NCBI GenBank assembly: GCA_964345915.1
Contig: CAYFTD010000172.1
Coordinates: 1-35,017, forward strand
Direction: 5' to 3'
DNA: 35,017 nt
From: an uncultured archaeon
GTDB lineage: Archaea > Asgardarchaeota > Thorarchaeia > Thorarchaeales > Thorarchaeaceae
A program made the position numbers and the translations under genes. This document shows, piece by piece, positions 32,356 through 35,017 of the stretch. The notes beneath the pieces are model-generated. The model searched no databases. It saw only the letters and a list, made by a program, of their open reading frames with translations, and was not told the DNA's origin. Within the stretch, counting starts at the first letter, position 1, and each line of letters starts with the position of its first letter.

Positions 32356-32370
32356 TAACCTTTTTGAACA
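32356..32370 (+). promoter_or_regulatory. BRE/TATA-like element TAACCTTTTTGAACA
   Basis: Same AACC-TTTTT pattern, ~60 nt upstream of the ATG at 32431. Confidence 0.3.
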
Positions 32371-32430
32371 GAATGAAGCAGCGAGGGGGCTAGTCCGGAC
32401 ACGAACCGGTCAATACGAAAGGAGTAACTA

Positions 32431-32712
32431 ATGATGGACGTCGACCGAATCCGGCATGTACTGAACTCGTTGATGATACTGAGCTTCCTAGTCTTTGGAG
32501 CACTAGCTGCAACAATCTTGATTACCGATGCGCCACTGACGAGTTCGACAGTCGCTCTTCCTTTTGCCTTTCTATTCATCTCATTCATGACTCTTATCGT
32601 GACCGGACAAATCAACGACCGACCCAGACTCGTGAAGAGATACGTTCGAGATTGGCTCCTCATCTGTGCCCTTGCCATAATCATGAGTGCACTTGTAGTG
32701 ACTTTCACATGA
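32431..32712 (+). CDS. Small membrane protein (3 predicted TM helices)
   Basis: 93 aa. GGAG lies 8 nt upstream of ATGATG. Three clean hydrophobic helices. The overlapping minus-strand ORF (32340-32708) looks like a shadow. Confidence 0.5.
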   Translation: MMDVDRIRHVLNSLMILSFLVFGALAATILITDAPLTSSTVALPFAFLFISFMTLIVTGQINDRPRLVKRYVRDWLLICALAIIMSALVVTFT

Positions 32713-32797
32713 TGCCCATCACAAGAGTTTTAGGACATCAGTATGTGACACGGCTCAGCCTAGGAAATCCGTATTCACCTCTCTGAAGGGACTGCCA

Positions 32798-33430
32798 ATG
32801 AGTAAGATTCTGCCAGGAACCAAGACAACGCGGATGGAGCTTCTTCGATTGAAGAACAGAATGAGGCTGGCAGAGCGCGGTCACGATCTACTCAAGGAGA
32901 AACGTGACTCACTTATCATGGAGCTCTTCAACGTCCTTGCCGAGGTCAAGGACACTCGAGAGAAAGTTGAAACCGCTCTCTCAGAAGCCTTCTCCGCTCT
33001 CACAAAGACCAAGATGATAATGGGACCTTCCGAAGTTGTAGAGTTTGCCAATGCGAGCAGAGTTCAGGCTGACCTGAGAATCTCTACGCGTTCTATGATG
33101 GGCGTCTTGGTACCAGTCCTATCAGTTGAGCAATACGTACCAGAACTTCCATACTCCCTACCAGACTCCAGTGTGCAACTCGACGTCATGTCAACTAAAT
33201 TCAAAGAAGCATTGAAGGCGGTAGTACGCCTAGCCGAGATCGACTCAACAGTCAAGAGACTAGCTGTCGAAGTCGAACGTACTAAGAGACGCGTGTCAGC
33301 TCTTGAAACAATTGTAATTCCTCGACTTGATGCAACCGCAAGGTATGTGAAGCAAGCACTAGAAGAACGAGAGCGGGAGGACTTCTTCAGACTCAAATTC
33401 CTAAAGGAAAGAATGGAGTCCGAACAGTAA
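32798..33430 (+). CDS. atpD: A-type (V-type) ATP synthase subunit D
   Basis: PGTKTTRMELLRLKNRMRLAERGHDLLKEKRDSLIMEL and ...RRVSALETIVIPRL...ALEEREREDFFRLK form the canonical subunit D coiled-coil sequence. Confidence 0.9.
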   Translation: MSKILPGTKTTRMELLRLKNRMRLAERGHDLLKEKRDSLIMELFNVLAEVKDTREKVETALSEAFSALTKTKMIMGPSEVVEFANASRVQADLRISTRSMMGVLVPVLSVEQYVPELPYSLPDSSVQLDVMSTKFKEALKAVVRLAEIDSTVKRLAVEVERTKRRVSALETIVIPRLDATARYVKQALEEREREDFFRLKFLKERMESEQ

Positions 33431-33442
33431 TGCACAACTACT

Positions 33443-33460
33443 GGTATTATTTGTATTACA
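33443..33460. repeat. Bipartite GTAWTAC motif (GGTATTATTTGTATTACA)
   Basis: It fills most of the 30-bp spacer between the convergent atpD and nac genes. Confidence 0.65.
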
Positions 33461-33853
33461 CTATGTACGTCTGAGCTTCAAGATTGCCGCGGCCAAATCG
33501 CCATCGCTCTCCTTCAGTGCTTGCTTTGCAGTTTCTATGTCAACACCAGTTTGACTGGCTACCAGTGCGGCATCTTCCATGGGAATCTCAATCTCCTTTT
33601 CTGGTTCGGACGTTACATCCTCAGAAACACCTGCCTCAGTAGTCACTGCTCTCTCTGATTTACTGCCCGACACCTGAAATGACTCACTACCCGCCTGCTT
33701 AATCATCACGACTTGTGGATCTGCGATTAGCCACTCCTTGTTGTCGAAGCGGAATATCACTTCCTTCACACCATTAACGTCCTTTTGTTCTATTCCCATT
33801 TGTTTCATCATTCTGGCAATGGCTCTTGGCGACATACCACGTCTACGTGACAT
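33461..33853 (-). CDS. nac: Nascent polypeptide-associated complex protein (NAC alpha homolog)
   Basis: NAC domain (MMKQMGIEQKDVNGVKEVIFRFDNKEWLIADPQVVMIKQAG) plus a C-terminal UBA (EDAALVASQTGVDIETAKQALKESDGDLAAAILKL). Confidence 0.9.
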   Translation of the reverse strand: MSRRRGMSPRAIARMMKQMGIEQKDVNGVKEVIFRFDNKEWLIADPQVVMIKQAGSESFQVSGSKSERAVTTEAGVSEDVTSEPEKEIEIPMEDAALVASQTGVDIETAKQALKESDGDLAAAILKLRRT

Positions 33854-33938
33854 TCATCATACCTCGGACTATTCCAAGATCTTCTATCTTGATACTCAAA
33901 GTCAGGGATAAAATAATTGTGCTCTATCAGTCATCATC

Positions 33939-34766
33939 TCAAGACTGAACGACCTTGATGTCAAGGACAGAATGCCGAATGCTAGGCGCATACCATTTGA
34001 TGCCGCGTATGGAGATGTCTGAGATGAAGCCCCTACTAGAACAAATGTCTTCAACATCTCGTATCAACTTGTCCAATTCCTTGTCAGGCAAAGCAATATG
34101 CATGTGAATCATCCCGCCTTCGGGCACTAACGCTTCCAATGCATGAGGAAGAAAATGATGCGTATCATGCAGATATCCCATGACGACCCTATTCACACCA
34201 TGAATGGGATGAACCACTCGACAATCACCATGAATGGCTTCAACCAAGTCATCAAGATCATTCAGTCGAATGTTGGTAACGAGGAACTTGTATGCTTCCG
34301 GATTCAACTCAATCGCCTTGACTCTTACTTGCCTATTCTTCGCCATTGGTAAAGCAAATTGACCGACACAAGCAAACATGTCGAGAACACACTCTCCAGA
34401 CTGGACTATGGATGCCATGCGTTCCCTCTCTCCTCTATTGCCACCAGAGAAAGTGATGCGTGTTGGATCAAGTCTGAACTTGACTCCGTTCTCAACGTGT
34501 GTTGTGACTGTGTCACTATCACCGGCTACCAGAGTGTAATCTGGTATCCGCATGACTCCAGACGTTGCACCGGTACGCACTGCAACCGAATCGATTCTTC
34601 CGTCATACTTGAGAGTGGCCTCTCCGAGCAAGGGCAAATATGGGTGCAGACCGAAATCAACATGTAGTAGGGCAACATGTCCTACGAGATGATATCCGCT
34701 AGGGAGAGGTATGCCTGAGGGGACTTGGTCTTTGAGGCTAGTTCTAAGGAACTCTCTGTACTTCAT
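33939..34766 (-). CDS. Trm5/Taw2 (Met-10+) family tRNA modification enzyme
   Basis: GHVALLHV, SAM site VLDMFACVGQFALPMA, AIELNPEAYKFLVTNIRLN and HGDCR. The Trm5 NLP motif position reads MGYL, which I associate with the Taw2/TYW2 branch (memory-based). Confidence 0.8.
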   Translation of the reverse strand: MKYREFLRTSLKDQVPSGIPLPSGYHLVGHVALLHVDFGLHPYLPLLGEATLKYDGRIDSVAVRTGATSGVMRIPDYTLVAGDSDTVTTHVENGVKFRLDPTRITFSGGNRGERERMASIVQSGECVLDMFACVGQFALPMAKNRQVRVKAIELNPEAYKFLVTNIRLNDLDDLVEAIHGDCRVVHPIHGVNRVVMGYLHDTHHFLPHALEALVPEGGMIHMHIALPDKELDKLIRDVEDICSSRGFISDISIRGIKWYAPSIRHSVLDIKVVQS

Positions 34767-34813
34767 GAGGACTCACAGAAAGCAGTGATTGACTACAATC
34801 AGGGTACAACGTA

Positions 34814-35017
34814 TCAGCAATACAAAGTGCTCGGAGCGCCATCACCCTTACCTCGACTCTGAATCTTTGCTATTCCCTTGCTAAAGTCTTCCTGAATTAC
34901 ACAGACTCTACTTTCGCGGATAGCAAACATACCGGCTTCGGTGCAGATTATCTTGATGTCAGCACCCGTCAGATTTGCCGTGGCAGATACCAGTCTATCA
35001 AAATCAAGTTCGGTATG
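34814..35017 (-). CDS. pan: Proteasome-activating nucleotidase, 3' fragment (gene runs off the window)
   Basis: Not in the ORF track. The reverse-strand translation from 35017 gives HTELDFDRLVSATANLTGADIKIICTEAGMFAIRESRVCVIQEDFSKGIAKIQSRGKGDGAPSTLYC*, the conserved AAA lid / C-terminus of PAN/Rpt. The stop is at 34814-34816. Confidence 0.85.
   Translation of the reverse strand, partial: HTELDFDRLVSATANLTGADIKIICTEAGMFAIRESRVCVIQEDFSKGIAKIQSRGKGDGAPSTLYC

Noticed and set aside
32340-32708. 122-aa minus-strand ORF opposite the 93-aa membrane-protein ORF.
   Set aside because: Its translation is Ser/Arg-rich with no features. The plus-strand ORF has three clean TM helices and a GGAG 8 nt upstream of its ATG.
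1-35017. CRISPR arrays, IS elements or transposases, integrases, toxin-antitoxin pairs, restriction-modification genes and known defence-system signatures.
   Set aside because: No regularly spaced direct repeats of 24-40 bp and no DDE/HUH/tyrosine-recombinase-like ORFs were seen. The RHH plus AAA+ pair lacks a toxin-like partner, so the window is not annotated as a mobile or defence island.

Overview
Archaeal chromosomal segment. Markers are TFB, an Rpb8/Rpo8-like subunit, PAN, NAC, A-type ATPase subunit D, isopentenyl phosphate kinase and an intron-containing tRNA with encoded CCA. The gene set looks TACK/Asgard-like, but lineage cannot be fixed from sequence alone. About 30 protein genes are supported: korA, two Ig-like-repeat surface proteins, a divergent TFB, a type IV filament ATPase with a Flp-like prepilin, a 1264-aa membrane-anchored HerA/FtsK/VirB4-class ATPase, ipk, rps10, glmS, a SufS-like protein, a split eukaryote-type LKR/SDH saccharopine pair, iorAB, ADP-forming acetyl-CoA synthetase alpha, atpD, nac, a Trm5/Taw2-family enzyme and a PAN 3' fragment. 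No rRNA, CRISPR array, transposase or integrase was seen. Main non-routine signals: (1) A textbook-looking replication origin at 23.87-24.03 kb, with two inverted ORB-type boxes around a ~120-bp AT-rich stretch, three GAACAYGYGTTC boxes nearby and no adjacent orc1/cdc6. A third ORB copy lies 4.1 kb upstream in a 496-bp spacer that also holds a mirrored TGTGAAT array and hairpins. (2) A strongly over-represented bipartite motif (GTAWTAC-N2-GTAWTAC, best copy CTTGTAATACAAG) has 13 copies, 10 of them in the 9.4 kb to the right of the origin, in genes and spacers alike. (3) An Orc1/Cdc6-like AAA+ protein without a winged helix is coupled to a small RHH protein and bracketed by inverted motif copies. 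(4) A TFB paralog, filament ATPase and Flp-like pilin lack a platform protein or peptidase gene, and sit near the giant membrane ATPase and a VirB2/CedA1-like mini-protein. (5) Smaller oddities: a D-arm tRNA intron, a SufS-like protein lacking the PLP lysine, a 355-nt antisense gene overlap, and an orphan atpD.
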